A stretch of DNA of 64,000 bases from Torpedo marmorata (Eukaryota): contig OZ360221.1 in NCBI GenBank assembly GCA_977017645.1, positions 122,388,001 to 122,452,000 of the forward strand. The letters are read 5' to 3'. Position numbers and translations under genes: made by a program. The notes below the pieces were generated by a model, which worked only from the letters and a program-made list of their open reading frames with translations, was not told where the DNA came from and searched no databases. This document shows, in pieces, positions 36,955 to 50,700 of this stretch. Numbering within the stretch: the first letter of the stretch is position 1; each line of letters opens with the position of its first letter.

Positions 36955-39900
36955 GTCTGCAAAATGGTGCCTTGCACCGGCGACTCTTTGCGTGCAGCTC
37001 TGACGGGAATAATCAAATATTTCCGTTCAGTACTTCTAAAATTCAGACAAACAAGGAACACAAAAGCAAACTTACCCTACAACGTGGATGTCCAAAGATC
37101 GCTGGCAGAACTAGGAATCGGCACCGCGGGACCTTTAAACAACTCACGCAAGTACAGCTGCAACACTGCGGGAGTTTTAAACGGCCAGAGAACGGGCCAT
37201 TTAAACTTCGCGGGAGTCGCAAACAGCAGGCACTCGGCACATTTACAAATTGCGCAGGATTTAAAGGGACAGCGCACGGTCCGTTTAAACACTGCGGGAC
37301 CTACCGGCAGCGGACCCAAGGGCCAGGTAAAGAAGTCCCGACCACGTGGACGCAGAGGGGGGCTACAAGTCAAGCTGAGACGCGGGGACCTGAAGCTTCC
37401 GCTCCCTACCATCATCCTGGCCAACGTACAATCCTTGGAGAACAAATATGATGAACTCCAAGCCAGACTTCAACATCAGAGTCATCAGGGAGTGCTGCGT
37501 GATGTGCTTTACAGAAACGTGGCTAAACAAGGACATTCCGGACACGGCGCTACAGCCCAAGGGCTACACCCTCCATCGCTCTGACCGAACACCGGCGTCT
37601 GGAAAAACCAGGGGAGGCGGCATTTGTGCCATCATCAATTCATCGTGGTGCACAGACGTGACGGTCATGTCCCAGTCCTGCTCCCCCGACCTGGAACATC
37701 TGGCAATCAAGTGTCGCCCATTCTATCTGCCGAGGGAATTCACCGCCATCATCCTGGTCGTAGTGTACATTCCGCCCCAGGCTAACGTCAGGCTGGCACT
37801 GGAGGGACTGAGCACTGTGATAAACAGCCATGAGACAGCACATCCTGATGCCTTCCCGATCATTGTGGGAGACTTCAATCAGGCCAATCTGAAGAAGTCA
37901 CTGACAAACTACCACCAACACATCACTTGCGAGACCAGGGGAACCAACACACTCGACCACTGCTACACCACCGTGAAGAACGCATACCGAGCCATACCAC
38001 GACCGCACTTCGGCAAGTCTGATCACCTGGCTGTACTTCTACTCCCGGCGTACAAGCAGAGACTAAAGACCACAGCACCAGTGGTGAGGACGGCGAAAGT
38101 GTGTTCGAGGGAGGCAGAGGAGCATCTTCAGGACTGCTTTGAATCGGTGGACTGGAACATATTCAAGCACTCAGCCATAGACCTAAATGAATATGCAACA
38201 TGTGTCACCGACTTCATCATGACCTGCGTGGAGGAGTGTGTGCCCACGCGCAAATACCGGGTGTTCCCCAACCAGAAGCCCTGGATGAATCAAAGAATTC
38301 GCCACCTGCTGAGGACGAGAACAAGGGTGTTTAAGGCCAGGGACCGGGATCTTTACAAAAAGTCCAGGCACGACCTGCGGAAGGCCATCTCTGAAGCAAA
38401 GTGGCAATTCCGCAGGAAGCTGGAGACAGAGACAGATACACGCCAGCTATGGCAGGGAGTGGAGGCCATTACAGCCTACAAAGCGAGGGCGAACACTATA
38501 GACGGCTGTGACGCTTCACTACCCGATGAGCTGAACACCTTCTACGCCCGCTTTGAGAAGAAGAACAAAACAGTGCCTAATAGAATCCCTGAAAAGGCTG
38601 AGGACCCTGTGATATCTGTCTCTGAGGGCGACGTCAGAACATCATTCAAGAGGGTGAACCCTCGCAAGGCGTCAGGCCCTGACGGCGTACCTGGCAGGGT
38701 ATTGAAAATCTGCGCCAACCAACTAGCCGGAGTGTTCACAGACATTTTCAACCTCTCATTGCGGCAGTCAGAGGTTCCCACCTGCTTCAAAATGGCATCA
38801 ATCATCCCAGTACCCAAGAAGAGCAGTGTGAGCTGCCTCAACGACTACCGCCCAGTAGCACTAACTTCTACTGTGATGAAATGCTTTGAGAGGCTGGTCA
38901 TGGCCAGAATTAACACATACCTAAGCAAAGATCGGGACCCACTGCAATTCGCCTATCGCCACAATCGCTCCACAGCAGATGCAATATCGCTGGCTCTCCA
39001 CTCAGCTCTGGATCACCTCGAAAACAGCAATTCATACATACGGTTGCTCTTCATCGACTACAGCTCGGCCTTCAATACCATTATTCCCTCAGTGCTGGTC
39101 AAGAAACTACAAACTATAGGCCTCTGTACCCCCTTCTGCAACTGGATCCTTGACTTTCTCATTGGAAGACCAGTCAGTACGAATTGGAAACAACGTCTCC
39201 TCCTCACTGATTATCAACACAGGCGCACCCCAAGGATGCGTGCTTAGTCCACTGCTCTACTCGTTATACACCCATGACTGTGTGGCCAGGCACAATTCCA
39301 ATGCCATATACAAGTTTGCCGATGACACCACAGTTGTCAGCAGAATCACAAACGGCAATGAGGAAGCGTACAGGATGGAGATAGATCAGCTCGTTGAATG
39401 GTGTAATGATAACAACCTTGAGCTCAACGTCAGCAAAACCAAGGAGATGATTGTGGACTTCAGGAGGAAGTCAGGGGAACACGACCCAGTCCTCATCGAG
39501 GGCTCAGTCGTGGAGAGGGTCAAGAACTTCAAATTCCTGGATGTCAACATCTCCGAGGATCTGTCCTGGAGCCTCCACGTGGATGCAATCACAAAGAAGG
39601 CTCGCCAGCGGCTATACTTTGTGAGGTGTTTGCGGAGATTCGGTATGTCACCAAAGACTCTCGTAAACTTCTACAGGTGTACCGTGGAGAGCATTCTGGC
39701 TGGTTGCATCACTGCCTGGTATGGAGGCGCCAACTCCCAGGACAAGAGTAAACTCCAGAAGGTTGTTAACTCGGCCTGTGACATCACAGGCACCAAACTT
39801 CACTCCATCGAGGACATCTACATGAGGCGGTGTCTTAAAAAAGCAGCCTCTATCCTCAAGGACCCCCACCACCCAGGCCATGCCCTCTTCACTCTGCTTC

Positions 39901-40148
39901 CATCGGGAAAAAGGTACAGGAGCCTAAAGACGAGCACTCAACAGCACAAGGATAGCTTCTTCCCCGCTGCCATCAGATTCCTGAATAATCAATGAACCAA
40001 AGACACTGCCTTACTTTTTGTGCACTATTGTTTATAATTTTTTATAGTAATGTCGTTAGATGGTTAATATGAATTTTAATTGCACTATGATGCTGCTGCA
40101 AAACACCAAATTTTATGACTTGTTCATGACAATAAATTCTAATTCTGA
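36955..40148 (+). mobile_element. Near full-length Rex1/Babar LINE (APE endonuclease + RT) with few frameshifts
   Basis: ILANVQSLENK, CFTETWL, RGGG, VYIPP, GDFN, TLDHCYT, GKSDH (EN); ORF 37448-39247; RT with [24 protein letters not shown] (39150-39995). Tail AATTCT repeats. Confidence 0.92.
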
Positions 40149-40292
40149 TCAATGGACATTGATATCGAACAAACCGTACAAAAGTGTGGCACTTGTCAAG
40201 AAATGCAACCCAAAGCCCCACAAGCCGAAGCAAACCCATGGAAATGGCCCTCACGACCATGGCACAGAATTCATGTGGATTTTACAGGTCCA

Positions 40293-40532
40293 CCTATCAT
40301 GTCCTGCCTTTGCCATCCCCCTTCCCATCCCCCCCCCTCACTCCCCCCCCCTCACTCTTTTGTTCGGACGCCTACCGGCATTTTCTCATACTTTGATGAA
40401 GGGCTCAAGCCCGAAACGTCGGTTCTGTATTTCTACCTTTGCTACATAAAAGACACTGTTTGACCTGCTGAGTTTCTCCAGCATTTGTGTTTTTTACTTC
40501 AACCACGGTATCTACAGATTTTCGTGCTTTAC
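40293..40532 (+). mobile_element. PLE terminal-repeat fragment with hammerhead-like motif (40387-40428)
   Basis: Nearly identical to 7165-7385. Reads CATACTTTGATGAAGGGCTCAAGCCCGAAACGTCGGTT. Confidence 0.82.
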
Positions 40533-40659
40533 CCCCCTTAAAATCCCGAGTTGGCGAATTACCTGCAGATAATGGTGCAGTGTGAAAAGCTCGCGAGTCC
40601 AGCATTCCCTGTAGGTTTTCCCGCTTCCTTGGTAGGTTGGCGGTGTGAAAAGGCCTACA

Positions 40660-40897
40660 GTTTGCACTGGACATGACTTAATTTGCGGGTCTCACGTGAT
40701 GCCGTCTCATGACGTCACTGCGCCTGCGTGAGGGCAGCTGGCAAACGATCACGTGGTCGTCGATGTTGACGTGACCGGGAAGGTGAAAGGCGAAAGGGGG
40801 TTGGTCCACAAATGGACGATAGTTGGTTGTGTGCTGAGTCAGTTCAGAACAGTGAGTAGAGTCCAGTCACAGTGGACACCAAACAAAGCGGGTAAGT
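40660..40897 (+). promoter_or_regulatory. Putative CpG-rich host promoter and first exon ending at the donor CGG/GTAAGT (40891/40892)
   Basis: TCACGTGA 40692-99, TGACGTCA 40710-17, TGCGCCTGCGT 40719-29, TCACGTGG 40749-56, TGACGTGA 40767-74, CCGGGAAG 40775-82. Non-repetitive and CpG-dense. Confidence 0.55.
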
Positions 40898-41479
40898 AAG
40901 ATTGAGATCGACGAAACTTGGCCAGAGATTTTGAGTTCGTGCCTCAGATGATATTGCCCCGGAATCATGCCCAAGGTCGATTCCCCGACTTGGTGCCCGA
41001 TGAAGTGTCTTCGAGCATCTGGCTCTCGGGCACCAACAAATGCACTTCGTGCTCTCAGGCCTGTTGACTGGAAGCCTTTGTAAATTATAAACTACTTTTT
41101 AATGTTGTGTTCAACTTGGGCAGCGTAGATTTAAAAATAATAGGTCTTTCATAAATTGTAGATTGGCATTGAAGGATGTTATTCAATCAATCCACTGTAT
41201 CTCTGCTAATAATTTGAAAGATTTGACGTGTGTATCCTCGCATTTTGTCAGTAACTCATCATCCTTGACTTTAAATAATTATTGAACTCGCGTTTAGAAT
41301 TTTCTAAGGAATCAACGTACTCCTTTTCGGGTGTTGCAACAAAAAATGTTGGAAACACTCAATGGGGTAAGGCAACACGTGTGTATGGAGAAAAAAGAGT
41401 GACGTTTTAGGTTTATTCTGTTAACCGGAGGGAATGTTTTTTACACCCTGTTAAAACTTTTGATCGTTTTGAAAATTAG

Positions 41480-41895
41480 ATATAGAACAGGACAGTACTT
41501 CGGTCCATCTAGTCCATGCCGAACCATTATTCTGCCGAGTCCCATTGACATCCGCCTGGATCATAGCCCTCGATACCCCTCCCATCCACGTACCTATGCA
41601 TTCTTTTCTTAAATGTCAAAATTGAGCCTGCATTCACACTTCGGCTGGCAGCTCGTTCCACAATCACCACTCTGCGTGAAGAAATTACTTCTAATGTTCC
41701 CTTTGAACATTTCACCTTTCACCCTTAACCAATGTTCTCCAGTTCTTGTCTCACTGAACCTCAGTGGCAAAAGCCTGCTTGCATTTATTCTATCTATACC
41801 TCTCATAATTTTGTATACCTCTATCCAATTTCCCCTCATTCTCTAATGCTCCTGGGAATGAAGTCCTGTCCTATATAACCTTTCCCTGTAACTTG
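41480..41895 (-). mobile_element. CR1 3' fragment
   Basis: ORF 41609-41839 (MRG..IEVYKIMRGIDR..) plus CR1 tail. Confidence 0.8.
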
Positions 41896-44339
41896 GGTAA
41901 TATGGTGTTGTTAAGGAGTTTAACCTGACTTTGACTCCTCAGAACTACAATCTTCCCTGCTGTAAATGGACACACCCTCAATTGAGTTGCCTGTGATAAC
42001 AAATTTGCAAAGTTGAAGTTCCAGCTTCCAGATCAGAAGGAACTAAAATGATGGTCTTTCTGAGTTTATAATTTTATTATTGGAAGTATGATTGTCTTGG
42101 AGATGATGGAGTGGTTTGTGTGGGCACCGAAGAGAGAAACTTGAAAGTGGTGCGTGCAAATGATGTTTGAGTGGATTCGCCACAGGTACAAAAGGACCAG
42201 ATTTTGCAAGTTTTCTATATTGCAACGTGTATAATGGGGAGGACTAAATTCTTTCCAGAAATTGGTACAATTAATGGGGAGCTCAAAACTTGAAAAGGCT
42301 TATGTATTTCAAGTATATTGAATAACTGACTGCTGAAATAGGTTGGGAGAGTTGTAAACTAAAGTCCCGATTCAATGTGAAATGCAAGTCTAGGTTAAGG
42401 AGTATTGTCGAATTTAAATACAATCGAACTAGACAATTTGACAATTCTGAAATTTGTTGAACTGCTATGGCTTTTTGATCTATTAAAAATTTCTTATTGG
42501 CAGTCAAAGTATCTGAGTAAAAGCACAGTGGTAACTGAAACATCTGAAAATCTGGTTGCAAGCTCAAAACTGGGAAAATAGTAGGGATCCTGTCTTGAGG
42601 TAGAAGAAGGTTTCAACAAAAATGATGGGTAGTAGGGACAGTTAAGAGCAGTAGAAGGATGTTCATGGGAACTTTGGAACTGTAAGCAGTGCTGCAGGGG
42701 ATGGGAGAAATTGGCTGCAAAGTAAAAGACTAAAGAAGAGTTCAAAGGAATCAGCTGGAATCAATTTTGTAGTGGGATTTGAAATGGATACATCGTAATT
42801 TAGGCCTCACAGTTTGGCCCCCGCAAGGATTTGAGGTACCTGCACTGCATTGACTGTTGCTCTCTCAGATTCTCTCGACGATTACTTCAATAACGGAACT
42901 TAGAATCAGGAAGGAAAATGCTATCTGTTCTGGAGTGCAATATTACACAGATTTGCATGTATGTAAATACCTGTGTAAACTTTACAAATTTCATTTGCAT
43001 ACTGCCATTTCGCAATAGACCATGGTAATATTTCAATCCCACTATGACTCGCTTTATGACAGTGAATGATTTGTTCTATTTATATATTTTTTCAAATACA
43101 ATCTAGTTCCCAAACTGTAACTACCTCAAAGAATGCTTGCTGATGTCTGAGAAAGACACAAGTGCTGAACTAACTAGTTCTCAGCCTTCAGGCTCTCGAT
43201 GTGGCTGCTTTGCTGCTGATTCTTGAAAGAAAACTTGATTCTGTTTTTATTCAACAGTGGACTTTAGCCTTCATTTGGTATATATGCAGAAGATGCACTT
43301 AGCTGAGATTTATTTTCAGATGTTTGCTCAGAATTTGGTATTTGATTTTGTAATGCAAGCTTTGTCAATAATGTTTCACAGTAATTGTTTCAGCCAAATG
43401 CTCACCTTGGTCTAAACTTAAAACAGAGAAGCAAGATTAAGATTTCCCATTTTAACATTTGTTCCATCAATAACATTTCAAAAAATAAAGGGTTCCTTTT
43501 GTGGTGTTAACATGACTTTAAAGTCATTTTGAAACATTCCAATAGCATAGACTTAAGATTTAATATTCATCAAGCCATCAGGCATTTTTTGGCTAAGAAC
43601 TACACACCTCAACCACTTTTGTATGGAAAAATGTTTCAACTTGTTCCTTTGATTTCTCTCCTGAATGGGCTATCTTAAATTTTAATTCTCTGGGCTAAGA
43701 TTCCTCCACTGACAGAAAAAAGTTCTCATCCCTGTGAATTTCTTCTTTCAGAAAAATTAAAGAAAAATGTTAGATCACTGGTGAATCTTATATTTCAGAG
43801 AATATAGAATTATGGGAGGGGAATTTGTTGAGAGGAGGGAGAATTAAAAAGAGGATATAAAGAAGCAATAGAGGAATTTAGACAGGATAAGCGAGTGGGG
43901 AAAAATCCAGCAAATGGTGTATAATATGGGAAAATATGAATTTATTAATTTTGTGAGGAAAAATGAAGAAGAAACATTATCTAATGAGCAGTTTCTAGTT
44001 AAAGATGGATCTTGTGCATGATTTGCATAAGGCTGGTATTCTGGCACAGTAAGTCATTGTATGAGTTTGCAAAGTGCAGTCGAGTCCCGGGAAGTGTGAA
44101 AACAGGTGCCACACAAAAGATTATTTTGCAAGATAAGAATTCATGGTATTTGAGGTAATATGTTAGCCTGGACAGAGGACAGGCTGACCAGCAGGAAGCA
44201 GCAAGAAGGAATAATAGTGTTTTTTTTAGGTTCCCTACTTGTAGCAAGTGAGGCAATGGAGTTGTTTACAATACATATGAGTAACTTAGAGGAAAGAAGT
44301 CAGTGAGTAGAAGCTATCTTTTCCAGCAATAGAAGGGAC

Positions 44340-46165
44340 TTAGAAGAACCTAAAGAGAGCATGAGAATGGCTTCTCAAGCAGGATTAAGGAAAACCGAGG
44401 TGTTCTACATGTAAGTGAAGAACAGGAGGATGATTGAAGTGAGAGAAGGACTGCTCGGAGATGTGGGGGGTGGGAACTTCTGCCTTGAGGTGGAGGAGGT
44501 AGGTAGGGGAGGTCCAAAATGAATACTTGGCTTCAAGGGAGAGGGGCCTTGGTGAATGTGAGGTTAGCACAGAACAGGCCAATATGCCAGAACGTTAAAG
44601 GGGTAGTGTTGAAGCTTCTGATAAACTTTAGGATTGATAATCCCCGGGACCAGACGGGATATGCCCCAGATTACTATGGGAAGTGAAGGAAGAGATGCTG
44701 GTGAGTTGACGATGATATTTGCATCCTCCCTCGCCACAGGAGTGTTATTGGAATATTGGAGGATGACAAAATTGTTCAATGTTGAAGAAAGGTAATGGGG
44801 AGAATCCGAGGAATTATAGACCAGTAAGTTTTGTGTCAATAGTGGTTAAATTATTGGAGTGGATTCTTATAGACAGGATTTATGTGCATTTGGAGAAGCA
44901 TAGTCTTATTTGGGATAGTCAGAATGTCTTTGTGAGGGGCAGGTCATGCATCACGAGGTGGTGCGAAAAGAAATTGATGACTGAAGAGCAGTGGATGTGA
45001 TATGTCTGGATTTTAGTAAGGTGTTTGACAAGGTTCTCCCATGGTACGCTCATCCAGAAAGTTACAAGACATGGGATCCATGGAAATATGACTCTGTGGA
45101 TTTGGAATTGGTTTGCACACAGAAGGTAGAGGATGTTAGTGGAAGGAGCATATTCTACCTGAAGGTTGGTGACTACTGATGTTCCACAGGAATGTGTTCT
45201 GAGACTTCTGCTCTTTGTGATTTTTATGGAAGACTTGGATGAGGAAGTGGGTCAGTAAGTTTGCAGATGACATGAAGGTTGGAGGTGTTGTGGCTAGAGC
45301 AATAAAATTATATGTTACAGTAGGATGTAGACAGGATGCAAAGTTGGGAAGAGAATGACGGGATGGAGTTCAATACAGACCAGTATGAAGTGATACACTT
45401 TAGATGATTGAACTTAAATGCAGAATGCATGGTTAACAGCAGGATTCTTAGTAGTGTGGAGGAACAGAGAGATCTTGAGGTCCAAGTCCATTGATCTCTT
45501 GACGTACCACACAAGTTGATAGAGTAGTTTAAAAAACAAATGTGTTGGCCTTCATTTGTCAGGAGTTGAGTGCAAGGGCTGTGAGGTAATGTTACAGCTC
45601 GAAAAATTATGGGTTTTCACTTAGTATTGTGTTCAGTTCTGCTCGCCTCATCATAGGAAGGATGTGGAACTTTAGAGAGGGTGCAGAGGAGATTTACCAG
45701 GATGCTGCCTGGGTTAAAGATCATGTCTTATAAGGATAGGTTGAGTAAGCTTAGGCTTTTTGTTTGGAGTGATAGAGAATGAGAGGAGACTTAAGATGTG
45801 TATAAGATTATGAGGGGCATAGATAGGGTGGACAGCCAACGCCTTTTTTCTAGGGCGGCAATGGCCTATACCAGAGATCATCTGTTCAAGGTGAGTGGAG
45901 GAAAGTTTAGGGGCAATGTCAGAGGTAGGGTTTTGTTTGTACAGAGAATTGTGGGTGCCTGGAATGCATTGCTGAAGGTGGTAGTAAAGACTGGTGCCTT
46001 AAGGACATTTGAAAGACTTAGATGGCACATGGATTTTAGAGGAATGAAGGGTAATGGGTTGTGAGGGAGGGAAGGGTTAGATTCGTTTGGATCAGGTTTA
46101 CATAGGTCAGCACCACATTGTGGGCTGAAGGTCCTTTTCTGTGCTGTACTGTTCTATGTTCTATT
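44340..46165 (+). mobile_element. Degenerate CR1 LINE (RT to 3' tail)
   Basis: NYRPVS, LDFSKVFDKV, FADD, YKIMRGIDRVD and the tail TGTACTGTTCTATGTTCTA. Confidence 0.8.
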
Positions 46166-47410
46166 ATAAAAATAAAGGGGAGATGTGCAGTGAAGAGGAT
46201 ATAAAGTGGTTACAGGGAGATATTAATAGATGAAGCAAGTGGGCAAAATGTTGGTAATTGCAGTATAATGTGTGAAAATGTGAAGTTGTGCAGGAAACTA
46301 CAACTCGAAGGAATTTTGGGATCCCCTTGCATGAAGTTCAGAAATCCAGCAGCATACAAGTGTAGCAGACAATCAGGAAGGATAATAGAATGTTGGGTGA
46401 AATTTCAAGGCAGTTGGAATATGAGAGTAAGGAAGCATACTGCAACAATACTGAACTTTGTGAGACTGAATCCTGAGCACTGTATGCAGTTTTGGTCCCC
46501 TTAAGAAGGATGTTACTGCCTTGGAAGTAGTGCAAAGAAGGTTTACAAGCCGCACACGCCGCGATGCCGAACTCTTCTTCCGTCGCCTCCTCCTCCGGGC
46601 TCACTTCCATGACTGACTCTCCACCAAGACCCTTTCTCCCGCTTCAAGCCTTCTTCCTCTTCCTGGACACCTCGTCCTGGCCAGCTGCCCGCTCTGGACC
46701 TTTTTATTTCCAACTGCCGCCGAGACATCAACTGTCTCAACTTTACCACCCCCCTCTCGTATTCCAACCTCACCTCCTCAGAATGCTCTGCCCTCCACTC
46801 TCTCTGCAACAATCCCAACCTCACCATCAACCCGCAGACAAGGGTGGTTCGGTGGTGGTCTGGTGCACTGACCTCTACCTTGCCGAGACAGCTCTCAGAC
46901 ACCTCCTCCTATCAACCCTTCCCACAGGACCCCACCACGACACATCAAGCCACTGTCTCCAACACCATCTCCAACCTCATCACCTCTGGTCACCTCCCCT
47001 CCACGGCCACCAACCTCATTCTCTCCCACCCCCGCACTGCCCGTTTCTACCTTCTACCCAAGATATACAAACTCAACCATCCGGGCAGACCCATTGTTTT
47101 TGCCTGCTCCTGCCCCACCAAACTAGTTTCATCTTACCTTGACTCTATCTTTTGTCCCCTGGTCCAATCCCTCCCCACCTACATCTGCGACACCTCACTT
47201 TCCCTCCATCTCCTCAATGACTTCAGATACTCCGAACCGGACCGCCTCATCTTCACGATGGACGTCCAATCCCTTTATACCTCCATCCCCCACACAGAAG
47301 GTCTCAAAGCACTTCGCTTCTTCCTGGACCAAAGACCCAACCAGTCACCCTCTACCACCACCCTTTTCCGCCTGGCAAAACTTGTCCTCACTCTAAATAA
47401 CTTCTCCTAA

Positions 47411-47773
47411 CAATCTTCTATCTTCTTTATTCCTTTCTGTGACCATTTATTAAAAAATTGATTATCTTTTGTAAAAGGTATTCTGTATCAATGACGTTTT
47501 AGGTGATATAGTTCCTTTCATCCCTATCTCATCATTAATCTTATTCTAAGCATTAATCAAATGTTTTAGTAACGGTGTTTCTTTCACACCTGTCAATAAT
47601 TTTGAGTTCCATTTATATATAAATTTTGGTACCTTTTCTCCTATTTCTCCAAGCTCTATTCCAAACCAAAGCCGGAGAAATAATGTTAAAATTGTGGGAC
47701 TCCCAGAAGATTATGAAGGGACAAATTCAAGATTGGATTCCAAACATTCTGGGTAGTGGAAACTTCCCTTATG
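47411..47773 (-). mobile_element. L1 fragment (minus ORF2 47411-47665) with an inverted ORF1 piece (plus, ~47670-47773)
   Basis: IELGEIGEK..FIYKWNSKL..TPLLKHL on minus and SRRNNVKIVGLPEDYEG on plus. Confidence 0.65.
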
Positions 47774-50700
47774 GAGATACTTGTTCTTGACAAGTTTCAA
47801 TTAATTTACTAACAAGTCCAATAGGTTCAAAAAAACTTTATTTACACACGTGACTTGCAGCAATCTTCAATGACTTAAATATCTTCTTTAAACGAAACAT
47901 AAACAATTCTTGATAACGATGCTTAATAAATTCCTTTAAACGATTCCTTTAAATGTCTTTAAACGACTTTAAATGGTCAATGAAACTTCTTTAAACGATC
48001 AATGAAAGATATGGCGATCTCTCACCCTCCTCCATCGCCATCTTTTTCTATTCCTTTTTCCCCGATCCACGCACACTCCACCGCGCACACTCCACGCACA
48101 CTCCACTGCACATACTGCTGTCATTTCCCAACTGCGCATGCGCCCGTCGTCACTCTAGCGCATGCGCAGAGCACTAAATAAGCCTAGCATGGCCCACTAA
48201 CCTCCGCAAGTCCTCTGAAACCCCCCGCGACCAAGGTAAGTAATCAAGTCTACGGCTCTTACACCGGCCCCTAATTATTATAATTAGACGCAATGTCTTA
48301 AATAATAATTACACAATCAATTACAAATAACAATAACCATATAACATTCAAACAATATACAAATCTTCTTTCTTCTTTCTTCATAAGACCAGAGTGTACC
48401 ATAACTCTGAATCAACAAAAGTCTGTAACCTGTGAAGTATTCAAATAAAGTCAGTTTGTATTGATCAAAGTTCCTCCGTCTCCAACAGAAGGCAGACCTT
48501 GTTAATAGGTCTATTTAGAAAGCCAGTCTTAGTTTTAATTCGAACTTGACGTACAAATCCCCTTTTGTCCTGAATAGTCTCAATATTTTTTTCAAGTAAC
48601 CAGGAGTTCTTGGAGTTGAATCGTCCATAATAATTACAATGTCTCCTCAAAGTTCTTTTATTTCCAGAATCTTTGAGTTAAAACGTAGATACAGTTTTTC
48701 TTTTGAATTTAACACGAGGCACTTCTTCAGCATGTCATTTCACTTTATTCCTTTCTTCAGCATTCCACTTCTCATGTGAAGAATTTAAACTCTTAGAACT
48801 AGAATTTGAATATTTATCTGATTCTCTCGATTTTAATAAACGAGTCTCTTTAACCACTCTGGTTTCTATTGCCTTTTCCTGCAATTCCAAATCCAATTTT
48901 GCAACTTTTAATTCAGTCTCAGTTCCTTCTGAGAAATTAATAACTTGATTTGAAGTGAAAATATCATGTGATACATTGATATTTCTATTGTCAACCCTGC
49001 TGTGGTAAACTTGAAATTTTTGAATTTTTTCATCTTGCTTGTTACATTTCTGCAATGCAATATCACTTTCTTTCTGCATTGTTAGTAGCTGAACATTCAA
49101 TTTACATTCTTGATTGTTTTCTATAATCAACTGTTTTGTGTTATTAACCAATAACTTGTTCTCTTTCAAAATATTAATCTCTTCCTCCAACCTTTTACAT
49201 TTTGATAATGCTGAATCTCTTTCCTCAATAACTGTATTCATTTCTTCAGCAGTTATTCTTTTCTGCTTTCTGACTGCGAATTTTACTTAAAATTAAATCT
49301 TTCTGTTTACTGTTTTCATGATTATCTAATATTTCCAATTCCCCTTTCAACATTTTGTTCTCTGAATTCAATTGCATTAAATTATCATTCACATTCTTCT
49401 TTATTCCATCAGCATAATTTCCTGTGTTCTCCAGTTTTACATCACATTGCAACATTTCTTCATTGACTTTGTCTGTTGTAACCTCTGAACTACAAAACCT
49501 ACTTTCAAATTTGTTCTCAGTCACTTGTTTTATTCCTGTATCTGATTCAATTACACATGAATAATCAATAGTATTATCTGCAACATCTTCTAATACTTCA
49601 TTTTCATTCATTTCTGATGTAAATAATTCTTTCAATGTTGTTTTAAATACCCTTGATTTATTTTCGCATTGATCTGTTTTCTTTTCTTCAAAAGTGATTT
49701 TCTTATTCACAGTCTTTTGCTCTTCCCTTAACTCATCAACTTTCACAACCAAAATCCTGTTAATATTTATCCCTAACTGTTCCTGAGCAATATCATTATT
49801 TCTTTCCAATGGTCCATTGATTGTCCAACCAAGCTTGGTTCTAACAGCGTAAGGTCCATTCCTTCTACTCCGTATTACTTCTAGTGGTTCCAAAACCTTT
49901 GGCACATCTGAACCAATCAGCATTTCTATCTCAGAGTTAATTTCAGGTAAATAAACATTTTTCAGATAAGACCACCGTTTAATATCATTTTGATGAGGAA
50001 TATTTCCTTCATGCACAGGCATAGTCTTCTGAGTAAATAAACTTGGAAGATCATAAAAAATTTTGTCATATAATCCAGCAACCTCTAAGCCTGAAACAAT
50101 GCTAGTTTAAACGACCTTTTCTTGTCCCATGGTTTTCAACATAATACTTGACCTTCCTTGAATATTAAGTTTGTTCATTAGTCCTTCCGTGCAAAAAGAT
50201 GCAATGCTGCCTGGGTCTAGAAATGCATATGTATGTACTATTGCATCCCCTTTCTTGGTCTTGACTTGTACAGACACTATTGAAAGTTTGCAGTTATCCA
50301 CACCGGCCCTGGTAAGACCACTTGTCTGAACCGAGGTTATAACATTGTTTTCTGTTGTTTCCTTTGTGTCTGTTTGCTCCTTTTCCAATTACTTGTTTCT
50401 TTGATGGATATGCAACATTCTAGGATATTTCAATTTGCATATGTTACAATTAATTCGCTTCTCACGGTTTTTACTGATGTGTCCTTTACACAGACAGCTA
50501 AAACATATTCTCATTTTCCTTTAATAAAGCGATCTTCTCATTATGTTCCTTTTCTAACTGTAAACACATTTCCAAAGCATGTCCACCTTGACAGAACAAA
50601 CAACTCTTTTCATCAGGCAAACTTTCCTTTTCCTTATTTACTTTGTCCTTTTCTTTATTTACAACTGACACATTAGTAGCAAAAGTACTCCTTTTCAATT

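Larger units (their letters stand above)
32146..40292 (+). mobile_element. Gypsy LTR retrotransposon, 3'-truncated. LTR 32146-32301, PBS tRNA-Ser-like at 32305-32317
   Basis: TGTTG..CTACA LTR and TGGCGACGAGGAT PBS. gag (ALRDRLVMG, CFRCGKSNH), protease MELDTG, RT YLDDIIITG, RNase H VDASPVGLG..YAQLEKE, integrase ..PWHRIHVDFTGP truncated at ~40292. Confidence 0.9.
32014..40656. mobile_element. Non-autonomous Harbinger shell (ends 32014-32145 and ~40533-40656) enclosing nested retroelements
   Basis: TIRs AGGCCTTTTCACACCGCC / GGCGGTGTGAAAAGGCCT with 3-bp TSD ACA. The left end is nearly identical to the reverse complement of 17840-17969. Confidence 0.75.
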
